DNA of 64,000 nucleotides, taken from positions 224,001 to 288,000 of the forward strand of contig CBDATR010000024.1 in NCBI GenBank assembly GCA_965200155.1. Direction: 5' to 3'. The notes under the pieces were generated by a model. It ran no database searches, was not told the origin of the DNA, and was given only the letters and a program-made list of their open reading frames with translations. A program made the translations under genes and the position numbers. The DNA comes from Nitrosopumilaceae archaeon. Its GTDB lineage: Archaea; Thermoproteota; Nitrososphaeria; Nitrososphaerales; Nitrosopumilaceae. Shown piece after piece: positions 63,657 to 64,000 of this stretch. How positions within the stretch are numbered: position 1 is the first letter of the stretch; every line of letters starts with the position of its first letter.

Positions 63657-63899
63657 TTGGACAAGAAGATTACCAAGGAAGATATGGAACGAGTACGGTT
63701 ACTCAATAAGATTACAGCATCAAAACATGCATTCAACCAGCTGTCGCTGGATGAGCTCAAAAGATTGCAATTATTGGTTGAGAAGAAAGATTATTCCTAC
63801 AGTAAAAAAGCAGAAAAATCCAAGAAAAAATTGTTGCGTAACATAAACGCGCGAATATATGAATTAGAGGAGGGGCGCAGTATATGGGGGGCGCCCTAG
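63657..63899 (+). CDS. small basic hypothetical protein
   Basis: 80-aa Lys-rich ORF upstream of the YyaL-like gene. Confidence 0.55.
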   Translation: MDKKITKEDMERVRLLNKITASKHAFNQLSLDELKRLQLLVEKKDYSYSKKAEKSKKKLLRNINARIYELEEGRSIWGAP

Positions 63900-63930
63900 A
63901 TACAAATAATGTACCAATGATTGCACATTT

Positions 63931-64000
63931 GTGACAAAAAACCTCTTGGACCAAGAGAGTAGCCCGTACCTGCTACAGCATGCAAATAATCCCGTACACT
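63931..64000 (+). CDS. YyaL/SSP411 thioredoxin-domain protein, 5' end only
   Basis: GTG start; NLLDQESSPYLLQHANNPVH. Confidence 0.85.
   Translation, partial: MTKNLLDQESSPYLLQHANNPVH

Overview
Chromosomal segment of an ammonia-oxidising archaeon (Nitrososphaerota/Thaumarchaeota, Nitrosopumilus/Cenarchaeum-like). Evidence for this: PEFG-CTERM proteins, radA, cdvC/Vps4 and a trp operon without trpF. Core genes are ilvD (partial), trpEGDCBA, htrA, two GT2 glycosyltransferases, a ferredoxin, radA, larB/larC/larE, mdh, scpB, iscS, cdvC, a TrmB regulator, gltA, uvrBAC and adh. The intergenic space is crowded with mobile DNA: one intact IS66-family element, nine MITE copies with the same ends, a second IS66-type MITE family, four IS481-like copies, an IS5-like remnant and three TIR-bounded tnpB pseudo-elements. 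Four things stand out. (1) At three unrelated loci a 36-37 bp piece of resident sequence is duplicated around a unique 35-38 bp insert; at one locus this happened twice, giving a 3-repeat mini-array. This is the geometry of CRISPR spacer integration, but at ectopic sites and with no cas gene in the window. (2) A family of 21-26 bp hairpin insertions with different stem sequences shares the architecture [3 bp]-R-hairpin-ARY-[3 bp], and empty sites are visible in sibling elements. (3) A Type ISP restriction-modification gene has a (TGGTGAG)9 tract that sets the reading frame, four variant copies of a ~40-aa C-terminal module and a duplicated C-terminus. (4) The tnpB genes lie between inverted repeats shared with an IS5-like element. 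All alignments were done by eye and no database searches were run.
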